From: Eledone cirrhosa | Lineage: Eukaryota | Length of the DNA: 64,000 nt | Assembly: GCA_964016885.1 (NCBI GenBank) | Contig: OZ024740.1 | Coordinates: 321,656,001-321,720,000, forward strand | Direction of reading: 5' to 3' | Shown: one piece after another, positions 1-12,506 of the stretch | How the letters are laid out: the number at the start of each line of letters is the position of its first letter | Numbering within the stretch: position 1 is the first letter of the stretch | The notes under the pieces: generated by a model | What the model saw: only the letters and a program-made list of their open reading frames with translations | Told to the model about the DNA's origin: nothing | Databases searched by the model: none | Program-made: the position numbers and the translations under genes

Positions 1-9
1 GCAATCTAT

Positions 10-885
10 ATGAAAGTGAGGCTGGAAAAGGGTAAAAATCTTATTCCTAACATTAGCCGTAGGATTTCTACTTTATCTTCGTCTATAGACATTTTTAATA
101 AAGCCGCCCCTTATTATAATAAAGCCCTTAAGAACAGCGGTTTTACAGAAAATATTTCTTATTTACCTATTCCCCCCCCTAAAACTAACCATAATAACAG
201 GAAAAGGAAGATTATTTGGTTCACACCCCCCTTCTCTCTAAATGTCAAAACTAATGTAGGAAGGAAATTCCTTGAACTATTAGACAAACATTTTCCTCCT
301 ATTCATAGATATTATAAGATTTTTAATAGGAATGTAGTTAAGATCAGCTACTCTTGTTGTCCATCCATGAAATCCAAAATCACCAGTTCAAACCGTACGA
401 GGATAAATCCAGGATGCAGTTGCAGGAAGCCGGATGAATGCCCATTGCAGGGTAAATGTAAAACAAAATCTGTCGTTTATGAGGCTAAAATAACGCCAGT
501 TATCAACAACCAGCCAGCCAGAAGCGAGCGATATGTCGGTATGACCCAGGACAGGTTTAAAACCAGATTTTACTCACATGTCGCTTCTTTTAAACACTCA
601 GATAAACGAACATCAACGGCCCTCGCAAGTAAGGTATGGGATCTCAAGGATAGTAATATCCCGTACTCTATTGATTGGTCTATATTAGACCATTCGAGGG
701 AGTACCAAAGGGGCACAAAGAATTGTTCTTTGTGTACCACAGAAAAGTATAGGATTTTGCTAAACTTGAGAGACACTTCCGCTTGCCTTAACTCTAAGAC
801 TGAGATCTTCAGATGCTGTCCTCATCTGAAATCGCATCTGATCTGTAACTGGATTGACACTCCTACGATAAATCAACCGCCTTGA
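10..885 (+). mobile_element. Penelope-like retroelement, 3' part of ORF (RT thumb/linker plus C-terminal GIY-YIG endonuclease); 5' part lies outside the window
   Basis: The ORF contains RKIIWFTPPFS, the linker CSCRKPDECPLQGKC, GIY-YIG-like VVYEAKI...YVGMTQDRFKTRFYSH, and C-terminal CSLC...LNSK...CCPH. It is followed by a microsatellite-rich 3' region with hammerhead motifs. The CxC-x5-C linker may indicate the Hydra-type clade (tentative). Confidence 0.88.
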
Positions 886-1062
886 ACTCCTTCTCTGCTC
901 TTTACTTTTGCTACGGCTTTTATTTTGCTGCTTCTACCTTCTGTACTCTTGTATTTTTAAAAAATATATTTTTTTTTTTTTCTCCCTTACCTCCCTTTAT
1001 ATTTTTACCTCCTCTAGGCCCCCCACCCCATATATTCTTTTTGTTTTGCCCTTCACATACCT

Positions 1063-1212
1063 ATGTGTATGTGTATGTATTTTTGTGTGTATATATGTAT
1101 ATGTGTACGTATATGGTTGTGTATGTATATATATGTGTATGTATGTGTGTATATGTATGTGTGTGTATGTGTGTATATATGTCTGTATATATATATATAT
1201 ATATATATGTAC

Positions 1213-1246
<34 letters not shown>

Positions 1247-2232
1247 GTGTGTGTGCGTGTCTGTATGTGTGTATATATTTGTATATTTCATTCTGAAGAT
1301 TGAAGGAAACTTTTTTTGCTTTTAAGAAACCTCTGGTGAATGGATTAATTGCCTTGTATGGCTTTATTACTTTACTACTATATATACGTTTATGTAAGGT
1401 TCATTTGTCTTATCTAATACTGAGCTTTACACATACACACATGTATATGTGTGTGTGTATGTGTATGCATGTGTGTATGTGTACGTGTACGTGTGTATAT
1501 ATATATATATATATATATATTTGTGTGTATATATATGCGTGTATATATATGTATGTATGTGTATGTGTGTATATATGTATATGTACGTGTATGTATGTAT
1601 ATGTTGCGTGTGTTTTTATTTATTTTTATGTATGTGTGGGTTTGTGTGTGGGTGTGTGTGTGTGTATATATGTGTGTGTGTTTGTATTTGGTTGTGCGTT
1701 CTTTTGATATATACGTATTTGCATGTGTATAATTGTTTAGCTATGTATGTATATGTGTGTTTACGTATTTATATGTGTGTGTGCGTTTATATTTTTATAT
1801 TTTTGTATGTATATATATATATATATATATGTATATGTGTGTGTGTGTGTATATAATTACATATACATGTGTGTGTTTATATTGTATACGTGTACGTGTT
1901 TGCGTATGTATGTGTATGTACGTGTTTATGTATTTGTATATGTATATTTATGTGTGAGAGTGTGTGTATGTGTTTACTATTTCGAACGTATGTATATGCG
2001 CTTATGTGTGTATTACTTACCACGCGTGTCTGTCCTGTTAGCTGGGGCATGTATCGCTGTCAAATATTTGTTAATATTATTTATATATTTTTTTCTTATA
2101 TTTATTTGCGTGTGTTAATATGTAGTGGAGTGCATTCATGTATGTGTATGTATGTACGTTGTATGTTTGTGTGAATGTATGTATATGTGTGTGTATATAT
2201 ATGTGTGTGTGTATGTGTAGGCTTGTACACAC

Positions 2233-2268
<36 letters not shown>

Positions 2269-2291
2269 ATATGTGTATATGTGTGTATATG

Positions 2292-2335
<44 letters not shown>

Positions 2336-2361
2336 GATATGTACATGTGTATATATATGTA

Positions 2362-2393
<32 letters not shown>

Positions 2394-2484
2394 CGTGTGT
2401 ATGTATGTGTATATGTGTGTATATATATGTGTATGTGTGTGTAGGTGTACGCTCTTTTTATATATATATATGTGTATGTATGTG

Positions 2485-2543
<59 letters not shown>

Positions 2544-2605
2544 GTATGTGTATGTGTATGTGTGTATGCGTGCAAATTATATGTGTATATATGTGTGTGT
2601 GTGTA
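1063..2605. repeat. Complex (TA)n/(TG)n/(TATG)n microsatellite field in the Penelope-like 3' region
   Basis: Directly visible; it produces the spurious YI/CV/HT ORFs. Confidence 0.95.
1286..1344 (+). ncRNA. Type I hammerhead ribozyme motif, probably inactive copy (GUG at the cleavage triplet)
   Basis: tttcatt-CTGAAGA-stem II-GAAAC-ctct-GGTG-aatgga; paralogue of the motif at 2755. Confidence 0.7.
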
Positions 2606-2754
2606 AGTATGCTTTTGGGTTTTTTTTTGTGTGTGTTTGCATGTGTAGTTTTATTTTATTTTATTTTTCCTTTCCTTCTCCCTTTTCCAGCCTCACTTTC
2701 ATATAGATTGCATTTTCGTTTTTAGAATCCATATTCAATAAACAAACCAGGATT

Positions 2755-2814
2755 TTTCATTCTGAGGATTGAAAGCAAAACCTTTTGCTTTTAAGAAACC
2801 ACTGGTAAATGGAA
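2755..2814 (+). ncRNA. Type I hammerhead ribozyme (Penelope pLTR type)
   Basis: Stem I TTTCATT/AATGGAA; core CTGAGGA (2762-2768); stem II TTGAAAGCAAAA/TTTTGCTTTTAA; GAAA (2795-2798); palindromic stem III ACCAcTGGT; GUA cleavage site after 2807. Confidence 0.85.
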
Positions 2815-2916
2815 TAATTGCCTTATGTTGTTTATTACATAATAATAATAATTAAGCTCTGTTGCTTACATAGAGCACTCTTTTTTCCTGGACTTTTCCG
2901 ATGGAATTACTTCATT

Positions 2917-2973
<57 letters not shown>

Positions 2974-2997
2974 AAAGTAATGTTCTACCCAGTATAT

Positions 2998-3042
2998 TTC
3001 AACATGATATTTCGGGGCAAAAACCCACTCTTCAAATGTGAA
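2998..3042 (-). ncRNA. Minimal type I hammerhead motif (C3->U variant)
   Basis: The minus strand reads ttcacat-TTGAAGA-gtgggtttttgcccc-GAAA-TA-TC-atgttgaa. A short tail and (TA)n follow. Confidence 0.55.
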
Positions 3043-3333
3043 GTAGAAACGGTTCAAAACAATCATAAAAGTTAACGATTGATGTGTTCTTCCTTAACTG
3101 GTCTACGTTACTAGTATTTAGTATACTGCTAACTGCTACACGGCGACTTTTGATTTCATTTAACTATTGTTCATTTGCGCGGCAATCACTGCCGTTTTTT
3201 CTAATTCTATACATCTCTCTCTCTCTCTCTCTTCTCTCTCTTCTCTCTCTCCTCTCTCTCTCTCTCTCTTCTCTCTCTTCTCTCTCTCTCTCTCTCTCTC
3301 TCTCACCCTCTCTCTCCCCCCTCTCTCTCTCTC

Positions 3334-3382
<49 letters not shown>

Positions 3383-3593
3383 TATATTGTTATACTTGGG
3401 GAGGGTCATATTGTTATAATAATATTGCCAGAGATAATAACAGAACACACTCACTGTTTGGTTGGTTTTTGCTTCTGTATCTTTTATATCTCCACAGTTA
3501 ATTCATTTGGTCCTCAATGTTTATCACTGACAGACCAACGGTCAAAAATACAGATATAAATACTTATATATAGTCTAACAAAGTTCTTTCGTT

Positions 3594-3711
<118 letters not shown>

Positions 3712-4049
3712 CTAACACCTTGTATCAGCTTTTTGAAACTTATAAGTCATTTATTAAATATTGGTAAATATGCACATGGAGAAACGATCATAAACGACAA
3801 ACGAATACAAGAATCTATTCTCTTTTCAGTCATCCTCTTTTCCTATATTGACTTATTTGACCAAATTATTTGACTATTTTCATAGTCAAAAATAGTCTAA
3901 AATAAAATGTGTGTTGAAACAGTTAACTTTGGGTTAGCTTTAATTTCAAAATTCATATGTCGCTTTTCCTGCTATATTAAGGGTGAAACTAATATATTTA
4001 TTCATTGAACTTCATCGTCTGCTGTGTTTTTTCCGTTTAATCCTCCCAC

Positions 4050-4115
<66 letters not shown>

Positions 4116-4254
4116 TATGTTGTTGTTGTTGATGTTGTTACAGTTCAAACCTATGTAGGTTTAGCTGGCCTCCTACGAGGTAGCATCTGGCTGGAGCTCT
4201 TTCGAGTGTTTTGCATGCATATGATAAAACCCAGTTCTATCATATGCATATAAT

Positions 4255-4442
4255 TGTTTCTACTATTGGCACAAGGTCAGCAATTACCCAGTACATTACT
4301 GGTACTTTATTTTATCGACCCCGTAAGGATGAAAGGCAAAGTTAACCTCGGCTGGATTTGAACTCAGACCGTAAAGGGCCGTAACTCTATGCGTCAAAGC
4401 AAGGCGTCCGACCCTCTACCGATACTGCCAATTCACCGCCCT
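4255..4442 (-). mobile_element. tRNA-derived SINE (MetaSINE-like core), full length, with 12-bp TSD
   Basis: A box TGGCAGTATCGG, B box GAGTTCAAATCC and core GCCTTTCATCCTTACGGGGTCGATAAAATAAAGTACCAG. TSD TATGCATATAAT at 4243-4254 and 4443-4454. Confidence 0.88.
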
Positions 4443-5299
4443 TATGCATATAATGTATATGCATATAATGTATATATGTATATGTATGTATGTATGTAAG
4501 TATGTATGTAAGTATGTATGTATAATATGTATGTATATATGTAAGTATGTATGTATGTAAGTATGTATGTATGTAAGTATGTATGTATGTATAATATGTA
4601 TGTATTTATGTATGTAAGTATGTATATATAATATGTATGCATATATATATGTATGTATTTATGTATGTATGTATGTATGTATGCAACAAGCATCTTGCAT
4701 CACCTCTTCCTCTTCGTTGTTACCCTCCTCTCCCCTCTCCACCACCAACGCCCCCAGCACTACTACCACCCTCATTATCCTCCTCCTCATCATCGTCATC
4801 ATCATCGCCACCGCCATTATGATCGTCACCATCATGATCATCATCATTATCATGATCTCTTCTATAATGTACATCTGTTAATGTCGAGGAAGTGTTTCAC
4901 TCTTAAGTAATAACCAATTATCTCTTCTGTCGGATTACATAAGATATTCCGTGACTTTGCTATTATTTTAGAGTGAGTCAATACGAGAGAATGCAGAAAC
5001 AATCAATGTATATTTATGTATGTGTATGTATGTGCATGTATATATCTGCATGTGTGTATCTGTGTAAGTGTGCGTATGCCTATATGTGTGTGTACGTGTG
5101 AGTGCGTGTGGGAGTGCGCGCGCGTGTATGTTATATATAAAGGAAACGAGCTGATTGTCAGATCGAACCGATGTCTTTCCACTGCTAATACTATCTGCCG
5201 ACGGTAACTCCTTGCAGAAGGAGTCTCTGAATTTGGTTAAAATAGTATCCGCATACTTTGGTCCTTACCACCTTATCAGCCAGCTCTTCCTACTTTATC

Positions 5300-6200
5300 C
5301 TGTAGGTGGGACTGGATCTGCCAGTTTTGTGGGGTTTCTTGACTTTAGGTAGTCACACGTTGTAGATAACTAGATTGTGATCAGTTGACAGTTCAGTCCC
5401 TCTCTTAACACGAACATCCAGCAGAGATTCGAAGAGATCAGAAACAATGACAAATTCAATTACTGACCTCTGTCCCCGATTTCCCTAATCCTATGTGTAT
5501 TCTTGGATGTTTTTGTGCCTAAGGGTCGAAACACTCGCTTGGGGTGGGTTTCTTCTCTGAAGACCTTCTGTTGTCCAGCTCTCTTGAGAGTTTCTTACCA
5601 CTGTTTACAATAGAGAGTCCATTATTAGAGCAGAAGTCTAATAAGGCCTCCCCGTTCGTATTTAGGTCGGAATCTCTGTTCCTTCCAATCACTCCTTTCT
5701 ACATCATGTGATCAGTTCCAACATGTGCATTGAAGTCATCCAGTAGCATATATGACTTAGTCTTAACTACATCTAACACTGCAGTGACTTCACCAAGGAA
5801 GGATCTGTGTTTATACTTTGTTTGACGCATAAACTTGCACCATCCACAGAGACCTATTTTCAGTCTAAGCTTCAAGAGGTAAATCCTCCCTCCCAATGGG
5901 ATATATTCCGCAACATATTCCAACAATCGGGGAGTTGTGAGTATCTTCACTCACGCCTGTGCAGTCCTTTCTGGTACCACACCTGAATCCGACTATATCT
6001 AGCCGGTAGTATCTGACCGCCACCACTAGTTCCTGCTCCATACATGTAAGGGTTGCAACGTTCCAGTTGCCAATTGTTAAGATTTTCTTCCTTCTGGACT
6101 CTCCTTGGGGCCTCAACAACCCTTGTGCGACCACCTGACATTTCCCAAGAGAGGTCGCAGGCTTAGTTCTCACAGCATTGGATGGAAACTGAAATATATA
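5300..6200 (-). mobile_element. Degenerate RTE LINE endonuclease region
   Basis: Fragmented peptides TIGNWNVATL and LLDDFNAHVG; homologous to 15600-16200. Confidence 0.7.
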
Positions 6201-6719
6201 TTTCGAACACACTCACTACCTAAAGCCCGAACGCATCCCTTGTTACCCAACGCGAAGGAAGATACGGCATGTTTGCACTTATTGAATCTAATCAGGCTCT
6301 CCAGAAACTTTTTGGCGTTATTTGTTTCAATGTAGAAACTATCAGTCTGAGAGAGAGGCCATGTTGAAACCAATATTTAAAAAGCTTCTAAGATTGGAAG
6401 TTCAATATATGGTTAAAAGTCTACCAAATATAAACACAATCTTTGAGTACAGGGAAGCTACGAAAATATTTAACAATAGAAACTTGTTTTACAGCATCCC
6501 TTGTTTCTTCTTTTCTTTTTTTTTACGTTTTCTTATGCATAATCTGCCTCCCATTGGCAGATTTTATTTTTGTTATTTTATCCCCCCCCCCCCGTCTCAC
6601 TAGCTCTTTTTCATTACTAACTGTAAGGAGTGTTCGATACTTCCTCTAGTCAGTCATGGCTTACTAACTCTATACGGACGTTGAAATTGAATACATAAAT
6701 AAAAATTAACATATATAGC

Positions 6720-6870
6720 AGTTTTGGTGGTCTTATTCGCGCCAGTCACACATTTGATACTTTGCTCAGGCCTTCGAAGACTAGGCTTTTTTAGAGGCGG
6801 CCTTTACGTGCCTCGTCATAGCTACATCATTGGATTGTGAGAGTTTTCTTGAGAACTAACAGTGTCACCA
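6720..6870 (-). mobile_element. 3' end of a LINE-like repeat (second copy at about 15275-15400)
   Basis: Two diverged copies in the window. The minus strand ends an ORF as VLKKTLTIQ*, resembling RLE-LINE C-termini. Confidence 0.4.
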
Positions 6871-7238
6871 ATTTATCTATCTCATTTAGCAGTTTACCGC
6901 TATTTGTCAAGGGTTGTTTATTCATCTGGGGTTGTTTATATCGCACCTACACATCATATCATGTGTCCATACAGCTATCCACCACCTGCGATCCACACTC
7001 TTTCTCTCTCTCTCGCTCTCTCTCTCTTTCTCTCCACACATACACTCACACACAGTTCCCCCACATAGAATTACAGTTATAGTTTTTCCATGATGAATTA
7101 TAAGTGCAGTCCACCAACTTGGATTACTGACACAGTGCCTCAAAGTGAAATACAGGTACAGTCCACCAGTTTGAATTACAGGTACAGTAAATCAGTTTTC
7201 ACTCACGTGGCTTGTATTTACTTGGCGTTGTGATAAAA

Positions 7239-7711
7239 CAAGGGTCGGCAACCTTTTGGAGTGTGCGAGCCTCATTGCTATGCAGTATTGCGTCGGCGGA
7301 TCAAATAGCTATGCAGTGTCTCGTCGGTGGGCCGTGATATCAAAATATAATAAATTTGCTCGACCTCAGACTGCTCTGTCCAGAAGGCTACCTTAATCCC
7401 GAGGTTTAAAAGAAGAACAATGAATTGTATGGGATATTACTTTAATGACATTCTTTACTACAAATAAAATACAGGCAGAAATGGTAAATTGTTTAATGAA
7501 ATACTTGTTTTTGTCTGTTTGTTACTGACACGCAGAAAATTACGTTCAGCTAAGTGAGTCTTGTGGCTAGACGTGTTCTCTAGTTGGTATTCTATAATTC
7601 AGAGCACTTTTTCAGGGATCGCTTAGCCTAAGATTGAAACCTGTTGGCGGGCCGGACAAAAATCCTTCGTGGGATGGATGTGGCCCGCGGGCCGGGGGTA
7701 CCCGACCCCTG
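7239..7711. mobile_element. hAT-type MITE with 8-bp TSD
   Basis: Termini CAAGGGTCGG...CCGACCCCTG; TSD TGATAAAA at 7231-7238 and 7712-7719; subterminal GGCCCGCGGGCC. Confidence 0.85.
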
Positions 7712-7794
7712 TGATAAAAGACACATGTCCAAGGTGTCGTGTGCACAGAAGCATCAAGTCCGAGGACTCATGATTGCGAAAAGAACTTTTTAAC

Positions 7795-8685
7795 CATTTG
7801 ACGAAAGTGCTAATAAGTAGGAGAGAAGATAAGACCTTGATCCCATCAGAGAAATAGTCTTGTTTGATATGCAACAAAAGAATACATAGAAACTCTATAC
7901 TATGTACACAATGCAAATTTTCGGTATACAAGAGGTGCAGCGAGATAGCAGGAAGACTAACAGGAAAAGAAGATTTTGTATTTAATAAATGTTCAGGGAA
8001 AATTGATAGGAAAAGTCTCAGTAATATACACCTTTTTGAATCCCAGGTAGGATCTATGAAAGTTGTTAATAGCTTCTGCTGTCTAGGTGGCCTAATTATC
8101 AGTGGATGAAGGTTCTCCAGGAGCATAGTAGCTAGAATAAGAGAAAGATGGAAGAATTTAGAGAGCTACTACTCCTGTTGACAATAAAAGGTTTCTCTTT
8201 TCGAACGAAAGGCCGGCTATATGATGCTGTGTGTGATGTGCAATGCTGCATGTTAGTGAGATATGACTAGCGACTGTAGAAGATATACGGTTGATATAAA
8301 TGAGGCGAGCATTCTTCGATGTATGTGCAATGTTAATGTGCGAGAACGACAGAGCTTGAATGATCTGAAAGAAAAATTGGGTATAAGAAGTATCAGGTGT
8401 TGTTACAAAGAGAGAAGTCTGTCCTGCTATGGACATGTGATGCGCATGAATGCTGGTCGCTGAGTGAAGAAGTGCGAAGAAATCCCAGTGAAAGGAAGCC
8501 ATAAGAGAGGAAGACCAAAGAAGACCTGAGCGAACGTAGTGAGAGCTGATCACAAATCGCTGAAGCTCATAGTGGAGATGACAAAGGATCGCGACGAGTG
8601 GGGAGATATAGTGCTGAAAAGGATCAGTCCAACCCATGCAAACATGGAAAAGCAGATGTAAAGTATTGATAATGATGATGATGTC
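7795..8685 (+). mobile_element. 5'-truncated, degenerate RTE LINE (PHD-bearing family)
   Basis: ICNK..NSILCTQCKFSVYKRCS..; EASILRCMCNV; (GAT)n tail; homologous to 46555-47450. Confidence 0.85.
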
Positions 8686-8879
8686 TATATTATAAATAAT
8701 TTTATTTTACAGAAACCGTGAAATGACCGTGAACTCAGAAAGTAAAGGGCCGTAACTCTATGTCACGAAGGAGGGTGTCCGACGCTCTACCGATACTGTC
8801 ATTCCACCGCCATAGGACTCAACAATTTCCTATTGTCACTGTCTCTGTCTCTTTCGCTCTCCCCATCTCTCACTATTAA

Positions 8880-9072
8880 TAGCAAATGGGGGCCCACACG
8901 CTAGCAACCCCACGGCCTCGGCGGACAGAATAGAGAATGTGTTTCCCTGGAGTATAGTGAGGGAGACTCGTTGAAGAGCCATTCCAGCCCGCGAGGCTCA
9001 TACCTGTGGGTAGCCAACTCCGTGCCGATGGTGGTGAATAGAGAGGTGGTCCTAGGGCCAAGGACACCAGTA
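8880..9072 (-). mobile_element. CRE-like (RLE) LINE 3' fragment
   Basis: TGVLGPRTTSLFTTIG...EPRGLEWLF, similar to the C-terminus of the 22020-23700 family. Confidence 0.55.
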
Positions 9073-9459
9073 GAATAACAACAACAATAACAGCGACAAT
9101 GACGACGACGACGACAACAACGGCAGCAACTGCAAAACAACAACAACAGTAAAATCAACACTGACTGTGGCCTGATTAAAAAATAAACTACAACAAAATA
9201 TTTGTTGTTTCTTGCATGGGTAATTTTCATCTTATTTGACAAAGCTATTTATATCTGGTCATTAAGTATGAAATATCCGATTTCGAATTGAAAGTAGATA
9301 AGAAATCGGATATTTCATACTTAAGTACCTAATATAAAAATGAAACACGCCATTAAAGGGAACAAAAAAAGAGAGAGAGAAAAAAAGAAACGAAAAGAAG
9401 AAAAAGAAAAAGGAATCAAGCAACGAAAGAGAAGGAGAGGGGGATACAGACACTACACC

Positions 9460-9925
9460 TTAGTCTGAACGGGGCTTCAGCCGCGCCCTGCAGACAAAGG
9501 CATCGCCACGGAGACTGGCCAAACTCACCCGCTGCAACAGCCACCCCACTTATGTAACCCCCTCCTCAAGCAAACCGCCATCTTCTCGACTTTACGGAAG
9601 AAATCAGCAGTGTGGGGACCAAGAACATCAAAGATCTCGACGGAGACCAATAGAGAGAGAAAGCGGTCAGTCTGACCCCGGTATTAAATCAGCAATGCGG
9701 GGACCAAGGACACCAGAGGTTTCGACGGAGAGGAAGTAGTCAGTCAGACCCCAGTATTAAATCAGGAGTGCGGGGACCAAAGACACCAGAGGTTTCGACG
9801 GAGAACGGTACAGAGAGGAAGCGGTCAGTCAGACCCCGGTATTAAATCAGCAATGCGGGGACCAAGGACACCAGAGGTTTTGACAGAGAGGAAGTGGTCA
9901 GTCAGACCCCGGTACTTAACTATCT
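9460..9925 (-). mobile_element. CRE-like LINE 3' fragment with internal tandem amplification (85/73-bp alternating units)
   Basis: The repeated unit encodes FSVETSGVLGP; unit starts at 9601, 9686, 9759 and 9844. Confidence 0.65.
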
Positions 9926-11339
9926 TTCTCTTAGTTTTGTTTGTGCTAGACGGTGTGTATACAGAGTTGGGTAACTATGGTTATTGAATGAGATTTCGTC
10001 ATGAAATGTTTCCTCGGCCTGGTGAGTCGAGTTTGCGATCTGGTTGTATTTACTCCACTTCCTTTTCACTTAGGGCATTAATATGACAAGGAATGATACC
10101 CACTTTGGCAGACTCGATCCATCTCTCCCTTCTATCTCTTTTCCCCTCTCTTCCACATACATATTTTAATCTCACGTTAACACACAGATGCATACATATT
10201 TAAACACACACACATACATTCACGCGTAAACCCACACGTGAGCACGCATACACACGTACATATCTAACATTTTGCACACACGCACACTTACATACATGCA
10301 CTTGTACATACACATAAAGTACACACGTACACATATAATTAAACATATACACACGCTCATACATAAATGTACATAAACATACATTTGAACACACACACAC
10401 TCATACAGACACCCTCCATCCTAAGATAAACTGGCTGAACTAAAACGTCTTTCCGTCCATCATTCGTTTACGTCAACTGCCGCCCTAATTAGGGTAATTA
10501 GGGCAATTAATATAATTAATAGAAATAGAATTAATGTGTCGATAATATGTTTATTCTATGATGAAAATATAAAGGATGTTGGAGGTGTGAAAATATATGT
10601 GCCGTATCTAGTTACGACCTTTAAGATCTGAGTTCAAATCCCGCTAAGGTCATCCCTCTTGGGGAGTTCAACAAATTATGAGCTGGTGTTTTATATACAT
10701 TCCCTCTATATAATATTTGACTTCTATGACAAATTTAGAAATAATATTATATTAGTTATGACCTTTCGCTATAGCCGTTTATGACTTTCCATCCATCGGG
10801 GAAGATGGGGGCTTAGAAAAAAATTGTTTGGCGTTCTCTATATATGTTGGACCTGCATCGATCCCGACGATGAGTATTCCAGATGTTTTATCATCGGAGC
10901 AGTCTGTTCGTGAAATGAACACGCAAGTGACTAGAGTGCGTAACGACAAATACCAACAATTGTGGTTTAATATATATCTTTACTTCACTTCAGTAAAAAG
11001 AAAAAATATATATATAATTACTTCGAATTGTAAATATGATGTTTGATTACAGTGTTCAGTAAAGCTTCAGTGTTGTGCACGAATCTTTTATTTACCATGG
11101 GATGTTCCCTTAAAAGAAAAGTGACACGTTGTAGTCGGCAGTGTGTAGCTAGCTGATATACCAGTAAACCATTATATACAGAGGCTGTGTTGTCCAGGTG
11201 AAAAGGCAGTGGATTGAATGATGCTAGGACCACACAACAGCCTATTTATAATGACCACTAGTTATTTTACTGATAGATAACAGATGGTCCCAGACAATGT
11301 TCTCCTTTATACAACTGGTGTCGTAAATTCTACCATCAG

Positions 11340-11710
11340 GGAATTTTATCTATTGTCTCACCTGTGAGGTCGCAGGTCACTCACTTGGTGACCGTGGGGA
11401 AACATTTCTTTCGTTACACGTAGCTCGGAGATCAGAGAGTCACTTCAGGTAGAACCGTTACTTCGAATTGGGAGATCACAGCTCCGATACTATGGGCATG
11501 TGGTTAGAATTTCTTAGGAAAGAAACGCTGGGCAGATGTTATGGATAAAACCAACCAGCAGGGAACCCAAGGGTAGACCCCCGAGGAAGATAGTTGGATA
11601 ACATCCATAAGCTTGGCTGGTCTCGCTTGGGGATCCAGTCTGATCAGTTGGAGATGGTTGCTTCTGACAGGACCCGCTGGAAGGTGTGTTTGAGACGTGT
11701 TGAAAGAGCC
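11340..11710 (+). mobile_element. RTE LINE 3' fragment
   Basis: Matches the 3' ends at 17700-18050 (+), 14830-15030 (-), 18370-18890 (-) and 44790-45590 (-). Confidence 0.75.
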
Positions 11711-12320
11711 AGTCCAAATTGTGGAGTTCTTACGAATGGTCATTTCCAGCCCGATAACAGTAGTTAGGGGGTGGTTTGGCAATTCAGAATACTAGATGTT
11801 TCCACCGTTATGGGTTCGATGATAAAACTATCAAAGAGCAGTCAGTACTTTGCCTGTTTGCGAACTTCAGCTTCTAACGCCGATTTCACCAGGTTGCTGT
11901 CAAATAATCGTCTCCCCACCCCACACGCTTCATCATTTTCCAGATTTTTTCCAACCTCTCCACGCTCTTATTCCAGCCATCACCCCACCCTTATTAAATT
12001 TTGCTAATCTATCTCTGGCGAAATTTTATTTTAAGTGGTAGCATTCCTGCGACAATTAATTTCTTCATACATTAAAAAACATTGTACATGACAAAAAAAT
12101 CCCATACGTTATAAAATAAATAGGATGGATTGGGTGTTTCAATATGTAAACTAAATGACTAATTCTGGTTTTTAAAAAAAATCAACGGAAACACCGTAAA
12201 CAAATTACCGACACCCCCGCCCTCGCTAATTCTCCCTCCCCCTATTATTTGGGACCCGAGAATACCGCTGCAGGTTGCATCATAGATAAAAGACATAACC
12301 ATATTATTGTCTGCCATTAT

Positions 12321-12506
12321 CGGTGAATTGGCAGTATCGGTAGAGGGTTGGACGCCATGCTTTCTAGCATAGTTACGTCCCTTTACATTCTGAGTTCAAA
12401 TCCCGCCGAGGTTAACTTTGCCTTTCATCCTTACGGGGTCGATAAAATAAAGTACCAGTAATGTACTGGGTAAGTGCTGGCCTTGTGCCTAAAGTAGAAA
12501 CAATTA
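12321..12506 (+). mobile_element. tRNA-derived SINE (same family as 4255)
   Basis: Near-identical to the reverse complement of 4255-4440. Confidence 0.88.

Noticed and set aside
4185-4250. Minus-strand GAAAGAGCTC plus an adjacent hairpin
   Set aside because: No CUGANGA box was found on either side of the SINE insertion.
4380-4440. tRNA-like A/B boxes
   Set aside because: These are SINE heads with no full cloverleaf, so they are not tRNA genes.
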